A stretch of DNA of 64,000 nt, taken from Podarcis filfolensis (taxonomy: Eukaryota). The stretch lies in the NCBI GenBank assembly GCA_964270895.1, contig OZ185448.1. The stretch is one strand, 5' to 3'. The notes beneath the pieces were generated by a model, which was not told the origin of the DNA, searched no databases, and was given only the letters and a program-made list of their open reading frames with translations. The position numbers and the translations under genes were made by a program. Positions 1 to 10,520 of this stretch are shown piece after piece (positions within the stretch are counted from its first letter, which is position 1; the number at the start of each line of letters is the position of its first letter).

Positions 1-264
1 TTTCTCCTTCCATTTGGAGACTTGATAGTTCTCTGTTCTCAGCCTCCTCCCTTTTGTTTCTTCTAGGCTACCTCTATGGTGTTATGCTGATGATATCTAA
101 ATTGATCTTTCCACCCTTCTCTCTTTATTCCTACAAGGCCAAGGGCCTTTTGGCACCATCCTGAAGGATGCCCAATTTCAGGCTGCATCTTGGGGCAGGG
201 AGAGCACTGACCAGGGCAGCAGCTTCAGCTTTATTTAGAAAAAGAAAAAAAGAATAGTTGTAGG

Positions 265-373
265 CAGTGCTATTTTTCTAGAAAAAGAGGTGCCGGAACT
301 CACCAGGAACACCTCCCCTTGTTCTCTTATAATGGCAATGGGCCCACCTGAGAGGTGCCAGAACTGAGCACTG
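265..373. mobile_element. hAT-type MITE (109 bp)
   Basis: TIR CAGTGCT...AGCACTG; perfect 8-bp TSD GTTGTAGG (257-264 and 374-381). Confidence 0.8.
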
Positions 374-697
374 GTTGTAGGAGATGTTGGCTCAGAAGAA
401 GCTGCCAACACCCTGCTTCCGTCTCCTCAGGATGCCTACCATGACCCTGAACCCAAGCCGTTACCAGGAATCTTGAAGCAGAAGTGGAGAAGCCTGCTGC
501 ACCAGGCATAGCAGGAATACAAACAGAAAAGGGGCTAAACTTCAATTCCCAACAATGAGCCTTAGTCTGTATCTGACCGCCCTGTCACAGACAACTCCAC
601 AAAGATGGCACTTCCGGAGCCTGATTCCCACAAGGAACCCTTGACACCCCACCCCTACCCCACTCTCAAGCACGGGCGATACAGAAAGCGGGAGAGG

Positions 698-797
698 ATG
701 ATGATGATGATAATAATAATAACAATAATAATAATAATAATTTATTTATATGCCACTCATCTGGATTCGGTTACCCCAGCCACTCTCAAGGTAACAG
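698..797 (-). mobile_element. L2 LINE 3' tail with (GAT)n/(AAT)n microsatellite
   Basis: Same tttatttata...ccccagccactct motif as the copies near 10000, 10390, 55100 and 63765. Confidence 0.6.
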
Positions 798-899
798 GGG
801 TGATAGGTGGGATCCAGGCCAAAGGACTGGCTTCAGGGAGTCTCCACTCTTGAGGATCTGGGGGAGAGACTGAAGGAGTGTGGAGATCTGGCCCAAGAC

Positions 900-1847
900 C
901 AGGGGTCCTCAAACTACGGTCCATGGGTCAGATCCGGCCCGCCAGGGTCCTAAATCCAACTTGCCCAGCCATTGCAGAACCCAAAAGAGAAGAGGAAGCA
1001 GCGGAGGGGAGGGAAGGAGGGTGTTTATGAGGCACCTGCTGCCTGCTTCAGCCCTCCCACTCCTCCTCAGCTGGGCTGCCCTCCTCCTGCGAACGGTGGT
1101 GGGGGCACAGTGGGGCCGGACCATGCAGTGGCAGTGGAGCCTCCTTCCTGTGAGGAGAAGCAGGGGGGGGGCTCACCTCCTCATCCCCCCCTCACTTGAA
1201 TGGGCAGGTGTTTTATTTTGGGGGGGTGGGGGAGGAAAGGTGAGGAGGGTTCTCCCCCCTTCCACAACCACTTCCCTCCTAACGGTCAGGAAAGGGGAGG
1301 GGGCGAGCCGGATGTTTAGGGGGTGCTGTTGGGTGGGAGGTTGTGTGGAGCAAACACCCCCCTTCCCCAATGCTGCTCAGGCCCCCTGCTGACAAGCTGC
1401 GTGGTCTCCACTGTCAGCCCTCGACTGCCATAGCCTTGGGGTGGAATAGCAGGCATCTCTTTCCCTCCCTCTTGCTCCCACAGGGATATCTCGCCCTTTC
1501 CCCTTCAAAGGTGTGTGTATTGAAATGGGAGTTTGTGTGTAACAGCACATTTTCGTAGCCTTCGGTGGCCTAACCCCAAAATATTATATGCAAATGCAGG
1601 AACTTCGAGAGGGGATCCCTCTACCCCACCTCACCCCCAGCTTGGGCCTGGCTTGTTTATGTTGATTAAAATTGTTCTTCATTTTAAATATTGTATTGTT
1701 TTTTCCTGTTTTTTGTGCACTACAAATAAAATACTTGCAGTGTGCATAGGAATTTGTTCGTGTTTTTTTCCAAACTATAGTCCGGCGCCCAACAGTGTCT
1801 GAGGGACAGTGAACTGGCCCCCTGTTTAAAAAGTTTGAGGACCCCAG
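900..1847. mobile_element. Non-autonomous hAT-Charlie element, OposCharlie1 (OC1)-like ends
   Basis: TIR CAGGGGTCCTCAAACT / AGTTTGAGGACCCCAG; degenerate 8-bp TSD CCCAAGAC / CCCTATAC; 3' end TGAGGGACAGTGAACTGGCCCCCTGTTTAAAAAGTTTGAGGACCCC matches my recollection of OC1. Confidence 0.72.
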
Positions 1848-1901
1848 CCCTATACAAACATAAAATGTCAGTGGAGTGCAGCATCTCCAAGCTGCCAGTT
1901 T

Positions 1902-1922
1902 GGAGCTGTCCATGGTGCTGCG
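1902..1922 (-). promoter_or_regulatory. RE1/NRSE (REST) site in MAP1A intron 2
   Basis: Minus strand reads CGCAGCACCATGGACAGCTCC against consensus TTCAGCACC(A/G)CGGACAGC(G/T)CC, with both half-sites and the 2-nt spacer present. Confidence 0.7.
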
Positions 1923-2205
1923 ACTGCAGCCTGAGGCTGCTTCCTAGCCCCCAACTTGGATTCCCTCCCCCAACTTGGAGGAGCCCATTGTGCCCCATAG
2001 ACTCTCCCTTGGAGCTGGGTCAGATGCCACTAGCATCCCAGTGCACTCTAGGAAAGAGTAAGGATGTCAGCAGGCAGAGCTCTGCTCCTATTTCTGAAGC
2101 CACCAGGAGACAGCACATCACCCCAGAAGCCTCCCTCAAGGCTGACAGTAGCTCTGGGCACAAATGCAAATCTCAAAAATTAAGATAAACAAGGTGGGCA
2201 CTGAC

Positions 2206-5200
2206 CTTTGACCTCTGATGAAAAATGTGCAAGATGACGTGTAACAAACAGTCTCAGTTGCTGATTAAGGTCACAGGAAGAGAGGTCAATGTCCCATGAG
2301 CGAAGACCTGTTGAGAGAAAGGGAGAGAGGAATGAGTTCATGTGCTCTCCTGGAAGAGACCAAAGGTGTACACTATGATTCTGAGGAACACAGGCCTGAC
2401 TTGTACCTTGGGTGAGGAAGTGGGTTCGACCACCCAGTAGGAACAAGAGTCCTTTTCTGTGCATTGGATGCTTTGCTCCTTGGATGAGAGTCCAACTCTA
2501 GCCCAATCTTCTACTGCCTAATCACTTTCCCAAAGCCCCTGAGCATCCTGATAGCCTCAGTGTTCACTCTTTAATCCACGTAATCTATGAGGGCTAATCA
2601 CCTTCCTATCCCAGCAGGGTGCTCAGTCTGTCCTTCCAAACAGAAGTTTAGCCTCTCCAGGTAATCCATGTGGCTTCCCCATCGTGGGGTGGGAGTCACC
2701 TTCAGGTCCATGAGGTGAGTTTCTTCCACACTGTCCAGAGAATATTCCTTCATAGGGACTGTTTGCCTCAGCCAAATGGCACTATGGAAAGCTGAAGAAT
2801 GGGCTTGTGTATGTCCTATTACATTTAGCACAGATTTATACTACACTGCAGTGATGCACACTGCACTGACCAGCTTCATCAATGCTGATCAGCTTCATCG
2901 ATGTTGCCTTGCTGACCAAAGCAGTTTTAGTCCTAAAAATAGGTCAGAAGTGAGATGAAAGAAGTCCATAACATCAGCACCATTTAGAAATATTTGGAGC
3001 CGGGTCCTTACCACCAATTCAAGCACCTGTATCAATGAGTAAGGCTGGACACACAAAGAACTGGAAGGTACCTCAGCTCAGCCCCATTTGTCAGTCTACT
3101 GCTAAAGCATTTATGATGGGTGAGCATACAACTTGCACTAAAAAATCAAGGAGAGCCTTCCAAGGCAGTCTCTTCCACCACTGAAAGCTCTTTCTAACGG
3201 TTAGTAGAAATCCTGTTTCCTATAATTTTAACCTATTAGTTCAGGTCCTATTCTCTGGAGAAATAAATTGCTCCATTATCTATGTGACACTCTTTAAGTA
3301 TATGAACATAGTTTTGTCTCATCTCACCTCTTAATCGTCTCTTCTCCTGGCTAAACATACCCACCTCCTTCATCTTTTCCTCATAGGATGTGGTTCCCAG
3401 GGGCCTCACCATCTTTGTTGCCCATTTCTGGGCACATTCCAGTTGGGCACTCCTTCAGCTGCTGTGCCCACCACAGCTGGACACAGGTAGGTCTAGATGA
3501 GGTCTGACCAAAGCAGAATAGGGTGCCATCATTAGTTTTGTGGTGTGGACATTTTATACATTAGTTAATGCAGTCTAGAACTGTATTGGCTTTTTTAGTT
3601 ACTGCATTGGATTGCTGATTTATATTTAGCTCATGGTGATGGTCCAAGGAAGGTTTATTTGGCAGCAGCTTCCAACAGAGCACAGAAGTGGGAAACTTTG
3701 TCTCTCCATGCATCTGTCTTCACCCTCTGGCTGCAACAACTGAAACTCATCCAAGCAAGTGCTACCAGATGCAGCCAAGGCAGCAGCCCATATTTTTACA
3801 GTATTCAAAGCAGAACCCAATTTGAAGTTATTTGCAAGTAAATTACAGTGGACTACTGAAGATTTATGACCACAAGCTCCCTGGAGTACCAGGGGACTGA
3901 CCTGGAGCTAAAGTATTTGTTTTTTCTAACACTATTGGGCTTAATTTGTTTGAATAGACCGGGGGGGGAGGAAGGGGGGGAGAACACCTTTCAGTGCAAT
4001 GGGGCACCCTGAATGAAATGCATCTCTTCTACCCTGGGCTATCCAGCCTCAGGTTCTGGTCAAAATTGTACACAGAATATTCCAATTTCAATAAAGACTA
4101 AATGAACTGGGATAATAAAGAATGAAACTGAGACCACCCAAGTCAGGCTCTCTAGTGGATTGTAGTTTTTAAGGTTATTTAAAATGTACAAGACATACAC
4201 ACAAGAAGCAAGCATGTTCAATTTGATAATGACAGAACAATTTAAGACCAAACAATATGCACTAATTTCAGTTGCATACATTGTAATCTACACTCCATAC
4301 AAAACAGATTTCCTCATTATGTTCCCTAACATTCAGTTTATCATGGTGCTGCTGGAATGAATGAAGTGAAATAGTGGGAATCAGGAAAACGTCCCTCAAG
4401 GGCCTTCAAGTCTTCCTTGAATTTAGGAGAGGAGCTAAAAGTTTTTTGTTTTTTTTAAAAAGCTATTTTTATTAAAGCTTGAAAAACAAACAAGGAATAA
4501 ACAATATAAAGAATTCAACATTAAATTTCCAGCATTTTTAAACATAAACACTAAAATAAATAAGTTACAGAAAAAGAAGGAAAAAAGAAAAGACTTCCAA
4601 TTCTCCAGCTATTAGTTTTAAAAGCTTGTGCAAAAACTTACTCCATCATAAACCAACTTTTTTCAGTCTTCAAAATGTCAACAATGATTTTTCTCTAACA
4701 TGTCAACTTTGCAATCTCAGCCAAATCCATTAATTTCAATAACCATTCTTTCATAGTAGGTAATAGTAAGTTCTTCTGTCTTTGTTGTGCTTATTAAAAT
4801 CTCACTGCTGTGATCATATATTGTATTCCATATTCTTTTTCTAGTTGTACAGCCATTAGTCCCAGCAGGAAGAGTTCTGGTTTCAGGTGAACAAGAGGAG
4901 CAAGTAGTTCTGAATAGGTGTCAGAGGTCAGTAATGGATTGGATGGGGGCTTATATACTATGTGAGTCCAGGCAAGGCAGAACTGCTGTGGAGAGGAATT
5001 TCATCTAAGCCAGAATGGTATAGAAGTTAGAGTGTCAGAGTAGGACCTGGGAGACCAGGGTTCAAATCCTCAATTGGCCATGATGCTCACTGGGTAACCA
5101 GGGGTCATCACTGCTTCTCAACCTAACCTATCTCACAAGGCTGTTGTGGGAATTAAATGAAGAAGGAGGGGTATGATGTAAAAGGTAAAGGTAAAGGTAC

Positions 5201-8200
5201 CCCTGCCCGTACGGGCCAGTCATGACCGACTATGGGGTTGCGTGCTCATCTCGCTTAAGAGGCCGGGAGCCAGCGCTGTCCGAAGACACTTCTGGGCCAC
5301 GTGGCCAGCGTGACGAAGCTGCTCTGGCGAGCCAGCACCAGCGCAGCGCACGGAAACGCCATTTACCTTCCCTCTATAAAGCAGTACCTATTTATCTACT
5401 TGCACTTAGGGGTGCTTTCGAACTGCTAGGTGGGCAGGAGCTGGGACTGAATGACGGGAGCTCACCCCGCCACGGGGATTCGAACTGCCGACCATAGGAT
5501 CGGCAAGTCCTAGGCACTGAGGTTTTACCCACAGCGCCACCCGTGTCCCTGGGGTATGATGTACACCACCTCAAACTCCATGGAGGAAATGGAGAGTTAT
5601 AAATGCAATAAATTAATAAACAAATACAATGTGGCTAGGAAGACAGTTTTGGCCTGTTCTGAATGGGATTATACACCCCTTAAGGATCAAGCACAGAATT
5701 TTGGAGTGCTGTTAAATCCTTCTAATAGTTTGGATATCCTGGGGCATCTGCATCATCAGACTAGTCAGGTTCACTAGCTGTGACCCCTTGCCACTATTGC
5801 CCATCTATCTTTAGATTATGTTTGAAGACAATGCAGAAATGTAAAATGCTGCAGTTTAGGTTACTGCTAGTAATGAGGAACACACCATTATGTTCAAAAA
5901 TAGCTCCAGATTTCCTATTTCCCCAGGTAAACTGCTAGTCTTAACCTTTAAAATCATTTATGCCTTAGAACCTTGGTGTCTGGAAGACCACCCACTCCTA
6001 TGCAAACCTTCCTCTGCCTATAGAAGCAAGGCAGGTGGTAGCTGGAGAGATTATGTCCCATCACTGCAATGCCCTCCATATACAGCTGCTCCACACGTTT
6101 GCTAAGTTTTCATTGCCAGATAAAGACTGTTTCATTTGTAGGAGCTTTTCATGAGCAACATTTTAATTTTATTTGCTGAATTGTGTACAGCCTGTTTTAT
6201 CTTCCTTGTTATGCTGTCCAACTTATTTTATTTCCACTGATCTTTTGAGTTAAAAATTAATAATAATGTGCTATTCCATTTACAGTACATTGTGCTCTGT
6301 TTTACCAGCATTGTGCATTGCTTTAGAAATTATTTAAATTTAAAAACAAGAGATATGCATTTTTGAAATTAAATAAGAATAAAGCAATGCCCTTCCAGAC
6401 TTACAAAGACAGCCCCTCTCCAAAAACCCTGCAGTGTAAGACTGCTTTAAAAGGATTCAGCCAACCACAGGGGAGGAAAATAAAAGAAAAGGAGGTGATT
6501 TCCATGTGTCCAAAGGAGGAGTCAACCACAGTGGCAATTCCTCTTTCATTCCCTTGAAATGACCCATTCACATTGACAAGGTGCTACAAATATCACCCTA
6601 AGGAGAGACAAGAGGGCTGCCTTTACTCCATTCCTGGAAAATGCCAGGTAAGAAAAGAGCCCTCACCTACTTCCTGCTCACTAAGGAGGCACTTTCATGC
6701 TGCTCCTGCTTCACACTCACTGCAGAGACAAAGTCCAGGAACTAGCAGGAAAGAAAGCTGCACTGCAGCACCAACTACACACCACAGCAGCAGCCGCAGC
6801 AGCAACAGCAGCAGCCACTACCTGCCTCTTTCCAAGCTTGCCAGCTTGCTTCCATCTGCTCCCCTTATGTGCAGCAAGAAAGATGTGGGTTTCCCATAAG
6901 TTGCTGAAAATCAGAGCTGCAACTAGGAGGTCCTTGAATAGCACTGCAGTGTCAATCCCATGACACTGATTTGCATTCTTGGGGGAGGGCCAATATGGGA
7001 CATTTTGCTGGCAGCAGCTGGGCAAGCACCAGCCACACCCTCCAGGCTGCAGAGAAGGGGAACCTTCCTCACTTACCTGGATACATGGTCAGTGGGGTTG
7101 CATGCCTTTCCCCCCTGCCAGGCTGGAGTTCCTGAGGAGAGAGGGCATTAAGGGTTCCACCCCAGCTGTAAAGCCTTATTGGGAGTGCACTTACTGTCTC
7201 ATTCCTTATGCCCTTTGCAGGAATGGTTACAGTATATGCTTTGTATTTGTTTACTCCTAGCTTTATACTCCATCATTCCCACCAGTTCAAGCAGCAGCAG
7301 CATTGTGCCAGATAAAAATACAACTACAAGTCAGTTTTCTTAAGAAAAAATTATTCAGGACGAACTTCATCTACCTCCCCGTTTTTACAGCTAACTTGAT
7401 AGAACAGGGGGATGGTACAAGATGTAGTTTAGCTTGTTTTCAGCAAGGCTTCCAACAAGCTCCTCCACAATATTCTTGTTGACAAGCTGCTAAAATGTGT
7501 GATAGACTAAGCTTGGGGACTCTCGGATTCAGGGACAGAATAGAGACTTCCAGAACTCCTTATCCAACTCTTTAGACTTTCCCCAAGCCAAAACCCTCAA
7601 GAGCTCTGGATCCAGTTCCTCCTATAGGGCTTTTGCCTGGCTGAAATGTGCCCTTGAATTGTGTCAGTGGATGGAGAAGGGTATGTGGGGAAATCATTGT
7701 GGCAGGGCTGTAGTCTATTGTACTAAGAAGAGTCACATCTGTTGCTCATTTTGCTTCTAGTCCTGCCCACCTTTGGCAAACAGTTCCCAGAATGCTGCCT
7801 ATGAAGGTTCCCCACCCCCACATGAAAGACACTGCTACTGTTAGGCAGATGTGTAGCTAGTGGCTCAACAACTTTGTATAAAAGACTTGGACACAAAAAG
7901 TAGAGAAAATGTTCATCAAATCAGTAGATAACACCAAACCAACAAAATTCAAGGTGAGTCTAGCATGATGAAGAACTGGATCAAAGTAACAAATTTAATT
8001 TCAACACAGATAAATGCAACATTATGCATTTAGGTAGGAGAATCAAGACACACAAGTGCAGGATGGAAAGCACCTGGCTCGACAGTAGAGCCAGGTTTCT
8101 TAGCACACCATGAGCTAAAAATGAGCCAGCAATGTGATGCCGCTACTAAAAGGGCTAATACAATTCTAGGCTACAAGGCAAACATAGTGTCTGGATCAGG

Positions 8201-8931
8201 AGAAGCTATGGGACCGCTAAATTCTGCTTTGGTCAGTCCTGTACTACTGTGCACTGCAGCAGTTTAAGAAGAAAGGACTAATAGACGAAAACGATGACAG
8301 TTCCCGGGCTCTCCCATAGATGACAGAGCAAATTTGTCTTCAGTTACTCTCGAACCGGCAAGATCAAAATAGCAAGAAGACTGACCGCCAGGTGGATCTT
8401 CCAGGGAGCGGCGCCTCGGGGGCTCCTGCCCAGGCGGTAGCGGACAAGGAGAAGGGTCCGGCCAGAAGAAGCCGCCCCGCTCAGCGAGCTCCCTGGGCAG
8501 GTCCAGCGGCGGCGGCTTATCCTTCCTCCTCTTGGCGGTCAGTGTCCCGCCCCCTCCCCGCCACGGACTCTCCAGGGATGGGGACGCCGCCGCTCTGGGG
8601 AATTCCGGTCCAGGGAGCGCCGCGCCAGGGCCAGATCCAACCGGTCACGCGCCCCTCAGGTGCTCCCAACGGCGGCGACACGGCAGGCCCTCTCCAGGGT
8701 GCTGAACGCGCAGGCGGCGGCGGCTTCCGGCAGGCCTCCCCCTCTCCCTCCCTCCCTCCGCCCGTCCTTACCGCGCTCGAGGCTCCGGCGCAGCGTTTCC
8801 CGCTCTTGCTCGGTGCCGACCTCGCCGATCACGGCAAGCACCGCGTGGCCCCGCCGCTGCCTCCCCCGCCTCCCGCTGCCGGGCGCCGCCGGCGTCTCCA
8901 TGGTGACAGGACCGGCCGCCGGCGTCCCCAT
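2206..8931 (-). CDS. MAP1A: Microtubule-associated protein 1A, 5' part: exon 1 8772-8931 (ATG at 8931, second in-frame ATG at 8901) and exon 2 2206-2307; the gene continues beyond the left edge
   Basis: Exon 1 (MGTPAAGPVT)METPAAPGSGRRGRQRRGHAVLAVIGEVGTEQERETLRRSLERG ends G|GTAAG. Exon 2 (102 nt, CAG|...G|GTCAGT) encodes LRSWDIDLSSCDLNQQLRLFVTRHLAHFSSEVKG, matching the recalled long MAP1A N-terminus (ILSWNIDLSSFDLNQQLRLFITRHLAHFSSEVKG). Phases agree (1/1). Head-to-head with TP53BP1 as in human. Confidence 0.93.
3140..3625 (-). mobile_element. Degenerate CR1 LINE fragment
   Basis: Typical CR1 ORF2 3' antisense text (ctggctaaacatacccac..., gaggtctgaccaaagcagaatag). Confidence 0.6.
4445..4885 (-). 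mobile_element. L1 LINE 3' fragment (ORF2 C-terminus plus 3' UTR and poly-A)
   Basis: Minus translation KPELFLLG...LPTMKEWLLKLMDLAEIAKLT is a reptile L1 ORF2 C-terminus, now interrupted by stops; T-run at the left end. Confidence 0.7.
5008..5610 (+). mobile_element. Old tRNA/CORE-type (MIR-like) SINE split by a Sauria SINE
   Basis: B-box ggttcaaatcc at about 5060, ctaacctatctcacaaggctgttgtg core; the sequence resumes after 5563. Confidence 0.6.
5181..5550 (-). mobile_element. Sauria SINE, full length
   Basis: (ACCTTT)n tail, taccatttatctacttgcac core, tRNA-like head; perfect 13-bp TSD GGGGTATGATGTA (5168-5180 and 5551-5563). Confidence 0.9.
7330..8290 (+). mobile_element. Fragmented old CR1 LINE (reverse transcriptase region)
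   Basis: Remnants resembling FSKAF..HNILVDKL, KCNIMHLG and MSQQCDA.TKRAN.ILG. Confidence 0.6.
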
Positions 8932-9620
8932 AGCAACTGGTTCCCAACTCCGCAGATGCTGCAGCAGCCTCCTGCGCGCGCCTCTTAAGGGGAGAGCCGG
9001 CCGCGCGCGGATTGGCTCCTCAGAACGCACGTGCCCCACGAGGCGCTGGGGCGGGGATTCCCGTGGCCCCGCCCCCCGAGGGTGTCCCCGCCCACCTACC
9101 TAGGCGTGCTTAGAATAAGCAGGGCGTGAGCGGAGTCACAGAAGGGGCGGGGCTCTTTCCACTCCCCGCGTCGAACGGGCTGGGAGGGGCGGGGCGGAAT
9201 TGCATCTTCCTTCTCCTCTCCTGGAGAGATATACACGCTTCTTCCAGGACCCGAGGCGATCACAGCCGCTGTCCTGCAGCCCAACAGGCGCTTATCTCTG
9301 TTAGCGGAGCCCCCTCCCCTACGCGCCAGGGTTTGATCCAGCTTTTGCTCCTGCTGCTGGGCTCCGGTGATGTACCCCCAGCCGGCACCGAAGAATGAGG
9401 GCGACCCTTCCCTCTTTTCATCGGGTGGGGCAAGGGAGAGCTAACCCCTTTGCCTGCCGCGAAAAGGCGATCCCTCCCTCCGGCCCGAGGTCTGCCCCCC
9501 CAGTCAGGCCAGCGGCCTCCAAACGAGCGGAGGTGGGGAAGCTGCCTTGGCCCCCAGCTGCAGCGCCTGTCTACAATGCAGAGTGAGGGGCGGCAACCCG
9601 CGGGGCCCCTGCAATGCTGG
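8390..9620. promoter_or_regulatory. CpG island / MAP1A promoter
   Basis: Dense CpG. CCAAT on minus at 9011-9015, E-box CACGTG 9028-9033, GGGGCGGGG boxes near 9049, 9146 and 9187. Confidence 0.8.
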
Positions 9621-9864
9621 TGACCCTATAGCCCTCCTCCCTCAGAAGGGCAGCCCTGCCAGCCAGTTCCCCGACCTTCCTCTTTTACTTCCACGCTAGC
9701 AGCTGGTGTCCATCCCCAAGGGGCTGCAGGTTCTTGGCAGGGCAGAAGGTGGTGCTGAGCATTGAGGGCTTCTTAGCTTAGAAAGAAGAAAGGCAGCAGA
9801 GGAGTGACAGATAATTATACATGGTGTGGAGAAAGGGGACAGCTGCCCTTTGCCTTCTTTCAAA

Positions 9865-10520
9865 ATGCTAGATCCTAGGGACATACAGTGAAGCTGAACA
9901 TTGGAAGATTAAGGTCAGACAAAAGGAAGAATTTTTCACATGGCACGTAGTTAAATGATGGAATTCACTTCCACAACAATAATTTAATTTAAAAAATATT
10001 ATTTATATTCCACCCAACTGACTGGGTTGCCCCAGCCACTCTGGGCAGTTTCTAGAAAATTATAAAACCACAGTAAAACATCGCACACTATAGGTGTGGC
10101 GATGGACCAGAACTCAGATGCCTTTGAAAGGGAATAAGAAAATAAGAAAATATGGAAGACAATCACCTTGTGTTTTGCCTGTTGTCGGACACTCCTTGGG
10201 GCACCTGATGGGCGACTGTGGGAAATCAGATGCTGGACCAAATGAGTCCTCAACAGGGCACTTCTAGCTCTTTTTCTTCAAAGAACCTGAAGTGGGCTGC
10301 TAATTTAAGCCGGGAAACAGCACTGAGGGGAGAGCTTTTAATTCTCTCCCCCTGCCCTTTCCTCAATTGTAAGAATATTCCTAATAATAATAATAATATT
10401 TTTTTTTGTACCCCGCCCATCCGGCTGGATTTCCCCAGCCATTCTGGGCAGCTTCCAACAAAGATTAAAAATACATTAAAATGTCACACATTAAAAACTT
10501 CCCTGAACAGGGCTGCCTTA
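9865..10520. mobile_element. Cluster: CR1 fragment (9865-9970, +) and two L2 3' tails (about 9975-10090 and 10383-10520, -)
   Basis: CR1 ggacatacagtgaagctg...cagacaaaagg; L2 tail ccccgcccatccggctggatttccccagcc. Confidence 0.6.

Noticed and set aside
80-115. YADD-like reverse transcriptase motif
   Set aside because: Followed immediately by a stop; at most an old L2 remnant, too short to call.
327-545. Possible MAP1A exon 3/4
   Set aside because: No frame matches the expected sequence; it overlaps a MITE.
8320-9103. 222-aa and 147-aa plus-strand ORFs opposite MAP1A exon 1
   Set aside because: CpG-island artefacts with no homology recognised.
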